NCBI GenBank assembly: GCA_027923505.1
Contig: BROI01000026.1
Span: forward strand, 248,001 to 312,000
Length of the DNA stretch: 64,000 bases
Source: Mayamaea pseudoterrestris
Taxonomy: Eukaryota
Direction of reading: 5' to 3'
This document shows, in pieces, positions 52,746-63,132 of the stretch. A program made the position numbers and the translations under genes. Under the pieces are notes generated by a model. It was given only the letters and a program-made list of their open reading frames with translations, searched no databases and was not told where the DNA came from. Positions within the stretch are counted from its first letter, which is position 1; each line of letters starts with the position of its first letter.

Positions 52746-53946
52746 TCAAGCCAATTCATTTTCCAGCTCGTTATCCAGATCCTCCTGCGTCAAATCAGCC
52801 GCATTGACAATTTCTCCAGCGCCATTAACGGCCACCTCATGCTCTGGAACCGCATACAAAACTGCAAAAAGTTTCTCCACCAACGCGGTGGGATCGCTGT
52901 CTTCTTGCTCCTGATGAACCTGCAGCAAAATTTCGCAGTACCGCAATTTTTCAAAGTAAAAATTACGTTCCTTCTCCGTTTCAGCAATCGCTTTCTCGTA
53001 CTCCCCTACCGTATTATTAAGATCCGTCACTTGCTCCAAAAGTTCTTTATTCTCCTGCGCAAGTCTCTCAGCAGCTGGACTTTTAATCGGCTGTTCCACC
53101 ACGGCGCGTTGCCGGAGGGGTCCACCAGCGCGACCAGCCGCAGCAGCCTCCTGTGCGGCGGAGACGCATGGAGTTGACTTGGGAGCCACGCGAGCCGTCA
53201 TCTGACGGCTAGGTCGCGTCGCAGCCGCAGATTTTGCTATGCCAACCGTCGTGACAGAAAATTGCTGATTGTACTGAGAGCCTCCCTTTCCCTTGGCGCG
53301 AACAGCTGCAGGATTGTATCCTTCCTTGTCCGCCGCACCAGAATGATCGAAGAAGGCTTTGCACCACTGCATAAACTCCAAGTTGTCCTGGTATTTGGCT
53401 CGAATCAGCTTATCGACATCAATGTGACGCTGCACATGATTCTTCGTAAAAGCTTCCTGCAGGAGCTTATAGTTTTGAACATATTCATAGTCATTTCGGG
53501 CGCCCCAATTTACTTTGGACATTTGGATGCAGTTAGGAAACATCATGTCGACGAGCTGACATGCGACATGCCCTGGCGCAGTCTGCTCAATCTTTTGCAA
53601 CTTGAGATCTAGCGTATTATTGATGAACTTAAGAAGCTCGTTGCGTCCAACGAAGTACGCCGGGTCCATCATTCCTGCATGCGATGGAGCGACGAAGGCG
53701 GCACGCAAGTGAGTATATGGTATATCAATGCAAGCGAGAAGACAATGACAAACCAGCAAAATCCATATCATTGACCCACACGCGAGGCATTCACAAATTA
53801 TGATTAGCGGCAGACGATGTACAATCTAATCATGCTGCATACAAGCAAATGGTAATGGATGCATAATTGCTGCATCAATGAATGCGTCACGTCCGTCCTT
53901 TCGACTACTGATACTCACCAACAACGGCATCAGCACTGGGAGCCAT
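52746..53946 (-). CDS. EB1: EB1/MAPRE microtubule end-binding protein; exon 1 53946-53919, intron 53918-53675
   Basis: GMMDPAYFVGRNELL, CH domain QNYKLLQ...KYQDNLEFMQW, EB1 domain EKERNFYFEKLR...VLYA. GTGAGT...GCAG intron gives MAPSADAVVGMMD. Confidence 0.94.
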
Positions 53947-54348
53947 GATAAGATATTGTTGCTTATACCGGTAGTCAACAGCGTGCTGCGTGGAAGGCTT
54001 GCGTCGTGGACAAGGGCGTGTGTGGAATGTGGATTTTGGACCGCCATTGTGGCGAAGAGGCGAAATCATGATGTCGCAACGGTGTAACGGTATCGTTACG
54101 GCTGGTTCCTAGCTATCTTCCATTTGCCTGCGTGCGACGCCGTGTGACGAAGCGAGCCATCATAATAATACACCGGCCCGTTTGCAGTGAAACTGTATGC
54201 GCCATATAGCATGTATCATGATGTGTTCCAAGTTGTGACGCTTCCAAGACTGTAAGCTTCAAAAGTACAACCGTCATTATTTTCAGAACATTGCTCCTCG
54301 TTACAAACAAGAAAGAACATTTATAATCATAGCAGATCCTTGCATTAC

Positions 54349-55791
54349 CTACATTCCAGCTAAAAGCGGGGTAGTAGCGGCAGATCGCCACTCGTGTTCT
54401 GTTGCAGCATGGTCATTGTAAATGGACATTTGCTCTCCGTTATTCTCCGCCAGAAATCGAAGCCGCGCCATGGAGCTCAGGCATTGATCCATATAGTCAT
54501 CCATGGACGGGAGGAGACAAGCCTCCAACAAGTCCCACAATCCACAACAGCGAATTGATGAGCCCTGACTCGCATCACGCTGCAAGGTGACAGAATCAAG
54601 AATACGAACTTTGTCATTCCGTGGATTTAGCGCAACAGTAAACTTATGCGAAATTTCAATTGCACCAGGATAGGGCGCCGTCGTGATACCAACTTGGCAC
54701 CTTTGTCTTTCCACAAACATGTGTACTCGCCCATAGCTGGGAAAACCAAAAAAAGTAGCCAGACTCCGGCCTGTTGGATACACACAGCTCGTATGCTTCG
54801 GCGGTATTAATGGCGAGGACGTGGCTTCAATCCATTGACCTTCATATTCGCGATCACCTTCACCATCTCGTGTAGTACTAAAGTTGCGAGGTGATGCCAA
54901 TGCAGCTTCACTCGACCGTGTCACAATCACGTCGCGGACGGCATCGCACCAGAGCGGCAGCATTTCTGGATTGCTAAGAATATCAATCACGTCATGCACA
55001 TTGCAGGATAATGAAGCTATTTCCACTGAAACCGTAAAGGAGCCATCGCCCGTTCGTGTACCAATGGCGCCGGCCAAAGAAGCAAGTCGTCGATCCTCGG
55101 AGCGATGGATTGAACTTTCTGGCCCAGCAGGTATGATTGTTTCAGCAAAGCTGCTAGATTGTCGAGTGAGTAGTGGAGGAGACGAGTAGTTTCCACCGTC
55201 AATATGTTCTCGTTGATTGATATTCGGCGCCCGTAGCCCCAATATTGAAGAGTTGCTGCCATTCCCGAATTCACGAACAATCTCGCCAGACGAAGGAAAG
55301 AATCGCTGCTCCTCAGGCACCGCCGCCAGTCTTGATGAATCTATATTCTCCTGATATGATTCGCTTGCTCGGCGCAAAAGTTGCGAGAATTGAACGCTCT
55401 TTGATGCTGTCTCATGTTCCGAGGTGCAGAATTCTGCAGGCTGCCCTCGATCCGAAGCGGTGGTAGACGACCAAGGTTGCCGCGAGCCAGATCCAAAAGG
55501 AGAATTTGCGGACAGAAGAGAAGCGGCAGCATCTAGGAACTGCGAATTGTCATGAAAAAGCGCCGTCGCTCCCAGTATAGAGCTTTGACTTTTAGTTTCT
55601 TGGCCTTCACTCTGCGTACCGGTAGCTACTTGAGGTAAAGTCTGCTGACAATCAGTCGTGCTGCCACTGTTGCTTAAATTTTCTGCGTTTTCCATATGAT
55701 CACTGCTATGCGTCTCCAATAATGCAAAGGGTAGCTCGTCGTCCTCGTCATCTGGTTCATGGTCGTCTGAGCGTCCATCGTTGCAGTCCAT
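54349..55791 (-). CDS. Hypothetical protein: low-complexity N-terminal half, possible START/SRPBCC-like C-terminal domain
   Basis: Long ORF, first ATG at 55791. VHDVIDILSNPEMLPLWCDAV resembles an SRPBCC helix motif (weak). Confidence 0.6.
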   Translation of the reverse strand: MDCNDGRSDDHEPDDEDDELPFALLETHSSDHMENAENLSNSGSTTDCQQTLPQVATGTQSEGQETKSQSSILGATALFHDNSQFLDAAASLLSANSPFGSGSRQPWSSTTASDRGQPAEFCTSEHETASKSVQFSQLLRRASESYQENIDSSRLAAVPEEQRFFPSSGEIVREFGNGSNSSILGLRAPNINQREHIDGGNYSSPPLLTRQSSSFAETIIPAGPESSIHRSEDRRLASLAGAIGTRTGDGSFTVSVEIASLSCNVHDVIDILSNPEMLPLWCDAVRDVIVTRSSEAALASPRNFSTTRDGEGDREYEGQWIEATSSPLIPPKHTSCVYPTGRSLATFFGFPSYGRVHMFVERQRCQVGITTAPYPGAIEISHKFTVALNPRNDKVRILDSVTLQRDASQGSSIRCCGLWDLLEACLLPSMDDYMDQCLSSMARLRFLAENNGEQMSIYNDHAATEHEWRSAATTPLLAGM

Positions 55792-56274
55792 GAGCTGCTG
55801 ACGCGATGCAATCACCGCTACAAGTACTGCTGTATCGTTCTTTCGCAAGCACTACCGCCTCGCCTCCTTTTGTCTAAATAAGATGATCGTTTTTATTCAC
55901 TCGCCTTCGTCCAAGCTTCCCACTCTTCACACTGCTGATTCGCACGTTTCGCTGTTAAGAACTCTTGACACGAGAGGAGGGTCTGCCATCATCAATCGTC
56001 GTCGAACTTTGATCCAGAACAGAATTCTGTCCCGAGCGCGCGCGCTTCCGTTGTTCGAAATTTCATGAGACAGCGATGCGACATGTCGTAGCCATTCATT
56101 CTTGCACTAGCCATTTCATTCGCGCTTAACAATTGAGAATTCGACTCTTTGCTACACAGTGTTTAGCAGATTCTACGCGGGACTCACGCACCGCGCAGCG
56201 ACTACACAACATATTATACATTGTCCATCGCCGCAAGAAAGGTACTGTACAAGTTACAATTAGACCTACCAAGC

Positions 56275-58662
56275 ATGCCAGCTACAGCACCGCCACAAAG
56301 GACTCGATCAAGCAGTCCATCTTACCAAGCCGTCAGATCGCCTCGGCGTGGAGGAGGAGCTGCGTCGTCTTCATCTTCCTTGTCAAGCCGCAATCGAGGC
56401 GGTGGCAACATTTTCCAACGTGCATTCTCTATGGAGCAAAGTACCGCTCGTCGCCAACGATCATCGACAAGAAGTTTCATGGCGGTGCCTCGTGAGTCAC
56501 AAGAGAACGGTGAGCACGACGAGGAGGACTTTGATGACGACGACCATTCCGACATTTCAGACGAGAATGACGACTTGGAAGATCTGGAGGAGCACATTTA
56601 TGATCGCTTTCCTCCAGTGTCTCGTTGGGGAATGTGGCGAGTCGCTGGCATGGCCGTTTTGGTTGTCTTTCTCGCATTGAGTGTGGCGGCCACTCGACAG
56701 TCTTGGCGAAAGCAGCACGATCGCGAGGAGCAAGCCGCCAAAGAATCGGACCCTGACACCGAATATTGTCAGAATCCCATACAATCACTAATGGATCAAT
56801 CACTCATGCAGGGTGTTCCTAATGGAGCCGTGGCATCGGATCATGCTCTGTGCAGTCAAATGGGAAGGGCGATATTGGAGGATGCTGGAGGTAATGCTGT
56901 TGATGCAGCAGTGACAGTCGCGCTGTGTTTGGGAGTCGCCAATCCGGGGAGCAGTGGGCTAGGTGGAGGTGCATTCATGCTCATTCATGCCAATGCAATA
57001 GACGAGGAGCAACATGACGACAATCTGCCTTCATTTACGGATGCCAGGACGGATGCTTCGCCGAAAGCGACGTCTGGCAAGATTACAGAAGTCATTGACT
57101 GTCGAGAAATTGCACCCGCCAAAGCAACGACAAGCATGTATGACAACAAGCCAGACTGGACAACTGTCATTGGTGGCTTGGCTATTGGCGTTCCTGGTGA
57201 ACTTCGCGGCCTCGAACTGGCGCACTCGAGGCACGGACGTCTGCCGTGGTCTGATGTTGTAGATCCAGTCATGCGACTGGCTATGCGCGGGGTCGAAGTC
57301 AACCCCAACTTGGCGCATGAAATTAAAATAATGGCTAGCAGATTTAATGATTCCAGTATGGACTTTGGCCTGCGGAAACTTTTGTCACGAGGCGATAGTT
57401 GGACAAAGCCATTGCGTGAAGGAGAACTGCTGCAGAACCAAAAATTAGGAGAGCTATTACAGGACATTATGCGCGATGGTTCTAAGGCGCTGTATACAGA
57501 CCGAGCCGACGCTCTGGCTCGGGACATCCAAGCAGCCGGTGGTATTGTGACTGTTGATGACATTCAAAATTACAAAGCTACCATACGATCACCACTTGTG
57601 GCGCATAACGTAAACGGCCACAGCATTGTTGGAGTTCCTCCTCCATCATCGGGAGGGGCTGCCATTATTGGGGCAGTGCGGTTTCTGTCAGGCTATCAAA
57701 CACCACTCGCCAGTTACTCGGATACTCTATCGCGTCACCGACTGGTTGAAGCTTGCAAGCATGTGTTTGCTATTCGCATGTCGCTGAGTGACCCAGCATT
57801 TGACGCAGAGACGGTAGGCCAAGCAGTTGCTGATCTGATTTCCGGCAATTATATGGAAAGCTTGCGGAATATTACCAGCGACGAAGAAGTTTTGGCAGTG
57901 TCAAAGTACGGCGGACCAAAGTGGGCGCAGCTAAAAGATTCCGATGTGAACCACAATGTGACAGACGCCAAGGAAGGTGATCGTCGCCGACGGTTGCGTC
58001 GCCATTTTGGGTACTTGAACGATCATGGTACATCTCATTTCTCCGTCGTAGACAAAGACGGAAACGCTGTAGTAATGACAACCTCGGTGAATACATATTT
58101 TGGCTCGAATGTTGTAAGCAAGTCGACCGGTCTTGTCTTATCAAACACCATGGACGATTTTTCCATACCCGGCAGTCCAAACTACTTTGGTTTAAAGCCA
58201 TCCGTTTCGAATTATATCAAGCCAGGCAAGAAACCATTGTCGTCCATGTCACCGACGCTAGTCTTTCGAAAGACGTCGGAGGAACACTCAAACGTTCTCG
58301 GCACGCTGGTCCTTGCCTTAGGAGCGTCTGGCGGGCCCAAGATTATCACTGCAGTTTTGCAAGTCTTGTTATCCATCACGTTTGAAGGCATGTCGCTTTA
58401 CAAAGCGATTGTGCGACCGCGACTGCATGATCAGCTCCTTTACCATGGAGGGACGGTGACGACGGCGGAAAGCGCCGCACTTGAGACGGGGCCAGCAATC
58501 CAATTGTCGGACAGAACAAAGGATGCTCTTTTGGCACGAGGCCATGTTCTGATTGACATTGACTTTGCCGGCACCGTCCAAGCTGTGTCCTATGATCCAG
58601 AGACCAAACTCCTTTCTGCGGCGTGCGACGTTCGTAAAGGAGGCTCGCCTGACGGCTATTAG
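56275..58662 (+). CDS. GGT: Gamma-glutamyltranspeptidase, type II membrane protein
   Basis: One N-terminal TM segment, GAVASD..CS, GGNAVDAAV, SSGLGGGAFM, IDCREIAP, GVPGELRG, PPPSSGG, HGTSHFSVVD (catalytic Thr), PGKKPLSSMSP, GASGG. Confidence 0.95.
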   Translation: MPATAPPQRTRSSSPSYQAVRSPRRGGGAASSSSSLSSRNRGGGNIFQRAFSMEQSTARRQRSSTRSFMAVPRESQENGEHDEEDFDDDDHSDISDENDDLEDLEEHIYDRFPPVSRWGMWRVAGMAVLVVFLALSVAATRQSWRKQHDREEQAAKESDPDTEYCQNPIQSLMDQSLMQGVPNGAVASDHALCSQMGRAILEDAGGNAVDAAVTVALCLGVANPGSSGLGGGAFMLIHANAIDEEQHDDNLPSFTDARTDASPKATSGKITEVIDCREIAPAKATTSMYDNKPDWTTVIGGLAIGVPGELRGLELAHSRHGRLPWSDVVDPVMRLAMRGVEVNPNLAHEIKIMASRFNDSSMDFGLRKLLSRGDSWTKPLREGELLQNQKLGELLQDIMRDGSKALYTDRADALARDIQAAGGIVTVDDIQNYKATIRSPLVAHNVNGHSIVGVPPPSSGGAAIIGAVRFLSGYQTPLASYSDTLSRHRLVEACKHVFAIRMSLSDPAFDAETVGQAVADLISGNYMESLRNITSDEEVLAVSKYGGPKWAQLKDSDVNHNVTDAKEGDRRRRLRRHFGYLNDHGTSHFSVVDKDGNAVVMTTSVNTYFGSNVVSKSTGLVLSNTMDDFSIPGSPNYFGLKPSVSNYIKPGKKPLSSMSPTLVFRKTSEEHSNVLGTLVLALGASGGPKIITAVLQVLLSITFEGMSLYKAIVRPRLHDQLLYHGGTVTTAESAALETGPAIQLSDRTKDALLARGHVLIDIDFAGTVQAVSYDPETKLLSAACDVRKGGSPDGY

Positions 58663-58771
58663 AAAATTTTTGCATATTATATATAAAATGGTTATCAAGG
58701 TTTTGAACGAGACACCTCACTGTCAAATTCTATCAGTTTACTGCGAAGGCTATTCAGCAAAGTGTACATAG

Positions 58772-59599
58772 CTACTCTTCCTTCACCAGGACAAATGTCG
58801 TTCCCTTGTTCCCCCTAGATATGCGCAGCCGATCACTCAGCCAAGTAATGTCAATCCATCCTTTGACCCAGTCGCGCAGGAGTGGGAATCGAAAAGGAAC
58901 GGGGTACGGAATCTTGACGTTATTTTGAAAGGCAAAGTTGCCTTCGTCGAAAACGAAATCAATGCGAGAGTTTGCTCGTTCTGGATCGGGCTGCGCTTCG
59001 TCTCCTACCAGCGACACACCCAATATATTGAGCCCCAAAACCTTGCCTGTGGACTTGCGATTCGTCAACTCGGCGAGCGGATATGCCGACGTTGATGCCA
59101 ACGCGTCGACTGACAACTTGAATGAGCTGGAAAACTCTACGACTTGCTTTACGACGAGTTGATCGCTGTCATTAAGAAGAATATCTTGATAGATCGGAAA
59201 AGCCTGTGTGTCAACAGCTTTTCTTTGAATTGGTGAACTCGTGTCGGCGTTTGTCGTGTACAGCAGTCGCCATCGCCCATAAATTTCCTGAGCAATAGCA
59301 GGATCGGCAATGCTCGCGCCTCGCATGGACTCAAGTTGAGTAACGAGATATTCGATACGATCCGAGTTTGCTAGCCGACTTCCTTGGTCTTCAATGGCAA
59401 GAATGAGTTCGTCTTCTAGCTCCTTGGCTCGAGCATTGTTGGTCGGCTTAATCGACAAATTCGGGAAGCTGAACTGCGGGAGTTTCGGAAGCTCAAATTT
59501 TGGTAGCGGACTACTTAATCCTAAAGTCAAGACGAGCAGTTGTGACACTGCAACAAGACAGGGCAAGTACCGGTATGTATATGTGGAAGGCTTGGCCAT
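58772..59599 (-). CDS. PAP/fibrillin (plastoglobule) family protein
   Basis: Signal-like N-terminus, GRWRLLYTT, GWIDITWLSDRLRISRGNKGTTFVL. Confidence 0.88.
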   Translation of the reverse strand: MAKPSTYTYRYLPCLVAVSQLLVLTLGLSSPLPKFELPKLPQFSFPNLSIKPTNNARAKELEDELILAIEDQGSRLANSDRIEYLVTQLESMRGASIADPAIAQEIYGRWRLLYTTNADTSSPIQRKAVDTQAFPIYQDILLNDSDQLVVKQVVEFSSSFKLSVDALASTSAYPLAELTNRKSTGKVLGLNILGVSLVGDEAQPDPERANSRIDFVFDEGNFAFQNNVKIPYPVPFRFPLLRDWVKGWIDITWLSDRLRISRGNKGTTFVLVKEE

Positions 59600-59827
59600 G
59601 GTCGACGTCAAAGACTGTGTGCGATGGAAAAATGTGACAAAGAATGAATGATGACGCACGATCGCGTGCGGCTTTCAGCTACCAGGGCGGAAGCAAGCAG
59701 CAGCAACAATGCAAATACTTTTACATTACAACACCAGAGGAAAAGCAGAATAAATATTCAAATTCAACAAGTTAATCAGTAATGGTCGACCTTAACGGCA
59801 TCATAGACGGAATCATTTCATCTTACC

Positions 59828-61324
59828 CTACATCCACGAGCTCAACTGATCGACAGACCTTTTGGACCAGTTGGAGATTGCGTTATTTTGAAGAACCATT
59901 TTTTGCATGACAAAGGCAGCCGCCACGACACTCAGTAAATAAAATCCAAAGTTGCCTGGTCCAACCAAAACTTTACCAAAGAGTTTGGTGGCAATAATCT
60001 TTTTGTAAAAGATTTGACCGATCGGACCATGTACTATAAAGATGGGAAAACTCAAGTTTCCGAGCGCCACCAACCAAGGATGCGAAAGAAACTGCACCAG
60101 CGGATCCGTTCCACCACCACTCGCACCACGAACAGTGTTGCGGTGCACCGCCATGAGCAATTGCAAAAAGAGCGGAAGAAAAATGACGCTCCGGTAGAGC
60201 ATGTCACTCATTTCCGGAATCCATTGAAAGCCACGGGCTACCATGGTGCCAATGAGTAGGCTGGCTCGTACCAAAGTCGAGAGTGGAGTCGTTTTGGGAG
60301 CGACAACTTCTCCGTCGGCACCATCCAGCATGACTAGTCGACAAGCAGCCGCGCCTAGCAAGACTTCGGCGACGCAAAACAAGGGCGAGAAGCGCTGCAT
60401 GTTGAAAACGGCCAAGTTGGGATGAGCCTTCGGGCTGAGCAAAATGCCTTCGAACAGACTCCAGGCGTTAAAGTCGTACAAGTATCCCAACTTTGGCAGA
60501 AAGTAAACGACCCACAACCACGCCGTCGTCTTGCGCAAATCCATCTTTTTCAATTTTGCCATTGGCGGTAGTGCAAACGGTAAGATGGCCGTACAAAAGT
60601 TAAGCGAACTGAGAAACCATGTAGGAGCGTTCCAAACTTCTGCGTGCTGTGGAAACCAAGCTTGCGTCAAGGTTGCAGAAATCAATCCATGCATGCTTGC
60701 GACGAACCAGCCATTGTATTTTACGTCTGCGTACAGGAATACCGGCGAAAAGATTGCCAGCGCAACTAGATGAAGCGGCAAGTATCCAAAGATGCGCTGA
60801 AGGATCCACGTTTGTTTGGGTGTTTCCAACAGCTTTGCTGAGGCCAGTCGCTGCTTGTTTTCGGTACTCGTGTAGGCGGCAACGTAGCCACTGAGCGCAA
60901 AGAATGCTCCAACGACAACATTGTGCTGTGAGAAGGTGCGGAGGATTGCTTCCGACGGATTCGCAAATCGCACAAAGTGCCCAAGGACAATGTTGAGAAT
61001 GAGAAAGAATCGCATCGAGTCAAATGCTGAGATGCGAATCTTCTTAGCCTTGGCCGCTGGATCAGCGTCTGACACAGTTGCCTTGACAGCACCTCCACCT
61101 CGTATGGCTTGATTCGTTGACGCCATGATGCTCTGATGCAAGAGTTCCTTGTTGCTGCTTCTTTGCTGGCGTTGCTGATGGATTGTTCTGACAGTGGGCG
61201 GAGCACTGCTAGCAGACAGTGAATTTGGGGCAAAGGCAGCGACGCAGTGAACGTTACTAATGGACGCAGCCACGACCAGATAAGAAAGAATCTTGCTCCA
61301 CCGACGACGATGACAACCCATCAT
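59828..61324 (-). CDS. Acyltransferase-3 (OafA-like) multi-pass membrane protein, predicted plastid-targeted
   Basis: RISAFDSMRF...VLGHF, VGAFFALSGYV, WNAPTWFLS, LGNLSFPIFIVHGPI. Presequence VAAFAP followed by a Ser/Arg-rich transit-like stretch. Confidence 0.85.
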   Translation of the reverse strand: MMGCHRRRWSKILSYLVVAASISNVHCVAAFAPNSLSASSAPPTVRTIHQQRQQRSSNKELLHQSIMASTNQAIRGGGAVKATVSDADPAAKAKKIRISAFDSMRFFLILNIVLGHFVRFANPSEAILRTFSQHNVVVGAFFALSGYVAAYTSTENKQRLASAKLLETPKQTWILQRIFGYLPLHLVALAIFSPVFLYADVKYNGWFVASMHGLISATLTQAWFPQHAEVWNAPTWFLSSLNFCTAILPFALPPMAKLKKMDLRKTTAWLWVVYFLPKLGYLYDFNAWSLFEGILLSPKAHPNLAVFNMQRFSPLFCVAEVLLGAAACRLVMLDGADGEVVAPKTTPLSTLVRASLLIGTMVARGFQWIPEMSDMLYRSVIFLPLFLQLLMAVHRNTVRGASGGGTDPLVQFLSHPWLVALGNLSFPIFIVHGPIGQIFYKKIIATKLFGKVLVGPGNFGFYLLSVVAAAFVMQKMVLQNNAISNWSKRSVDQLSSWM

Positions 61325-61584
61325 GGTTGATCTTGTGGTGGCTGTTTGGATTCGCCAGGCAGATCATGCGAAAGATCCGTGTCAATGACGAGTCTAACAA
61401 AATCGAAGCGGTACTGAAATAATATTTGTCTTTTGAGTGCCGCGCTATTCTCCACTCGGAACCTCACGTGACAAGGGAGCAAGACCCGCAGTGTCGCCAA
61501 AACGACCATGGCAGATGCCGCAGTCAATGCTACAAGCCGAAGGTTCGCCTACTTTTTTACACACTAACGGTAGTCATTTAAGTC

Positions 61585-62754
61585 ATGTTTGGAGGTTTCA
61601 ATTCATCCAAGCTGAAGCCTCGTAAGTGCGGCATTGGCATATGCGCAGGCGAGCGCGGTTCAGTCGTCCCTCCACTCTCCACTCACCTCTTCCTCTTTCT
61701 TAATTTTCTCTCACTCGCTCAGAACTGAAAATGGGCGTCAGTCGCATTCAAATCGCGTCTAACAAGAAAAGCGCGCTTTTGAAGCAAAACATGCGCGAAA
61801 TTGCCCTCATGCTATCCGAGGACCCTCCGCGAGAGGAAAAGGCAAAGATTCGAGCGGAAGCACTCATTCGCGACGACAACATGATTGAAGCGTACGAAAT
61901 TCTACAGCTCGAATGCGAGCTACTGCATGAACGCATCAAGCTTATTGAATATTCAAAGCTATGTCCACCTGATTTAGTGTCGGTTGTTTCAACGCTCATG
62001 TGGGCGGCACATCGCGTCGATATTCCAGAGCTCTTGGAGATCCGCAAGCAGTTTCGCGCCAAGTATGGCAAACAGTTTGAGGAGGATGCACTATCAAACG
62101 CTGGGGGAGTTTTAAACGAGCGCGTCGTGACCAAACTCAGCGTGCATCCGCCAGCGGCGTACTTGGTGCAAACGTACTTGGAGCGCATTTGCGAGCAATT
62201 CGAAGTAACCTGGAGCCCAAAGGTCAAGCTCAGTACGAACGAAATGATTGAGCCAATGGCGGCACCGATTGGATATAGTGTCCAGGTGAGTCGACGCAAG
62301 AATGTCTTGTTTAACGTTGAACATCGTTTGACAATTTACGTTTCGTTTCCAATAGGTTGCTCAAGGAACAGGACTGGGTTCAAAGCTTGCACCGCACAAC
62401 TATGCTTACACGGGAAGTGAATCAGGGGCTCCTTCTGGAAGTATACCTTCGCCAATGGATCACTATCACTGGCCAGACGAAAAGAAAGACAATGGAGGCG
62501 GCGGAGGTAGCGGAGGAAATGATTTTGCAGAAGTGGATATCTTCGTACCCAGCGCGCCAAGTGGTCCAGCGACGCCGACAAGCACCATGGCATCACCGAC
62601 GACGGGTAATAACAAGGACGACGACGATCATTATGATAATAACGGTGAAGGACACGACGAACACAACAATGGAGCCTCTGGGGCCGGCTCGTCAGGTAGT
62701 GGTGGAGCAACGTACGATGACTTGGCGGCTCGGTTCCAAATGCTAAAGAAATAA
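61585..62754 (+). CDS. IST1: IST1 (ESCRT-III-associated); exons 61585-61621, 61723-62285, 62356-62754
   Basis: MFGGFNSSKLKPQLKMGVSRI, AKIRAEALIRDD, EILQLECELL..R, IPELLEIRKQF..KYGKQF, C-terminal MIM1-like YDDLAARFQMLKK. Two GT-AG introns keep the frame. Confidence 0.93.
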
Positions 62755-63132
62755 AGATTTAGGTTTAGTAATGGAATTGAAACGGATTTTCAGTTGCTGC
62801 GAGTATGATTCTTCCACAGCAACACTTGGGGCGCCAGGTTGCATTTGCAGTTTCCCTATACAATATTGGGATTGAAAGCCTAGGTAGGTAGTCGTCGGGT
62901 GTGACCAAACAGGCTAGGCTGGACGCGCTCGCGATGGTCGAAAAGTTGGCGCGTGCCAGCCGCTGCTCATTTTCCGCGAACAGAAATTTGGATCGAGGGT
63001 CGACTCACCTCATCATCTGCAGCATTCACCTTTTTTGTAGCTTCTTGGCTGTAACTGATTGACTACTCTCTCGTTCAGCGCTCGATCTTTTCGACCGAGC
63101 AATAATCTCCCGATTCTAGGCAAGAAAAGAAC

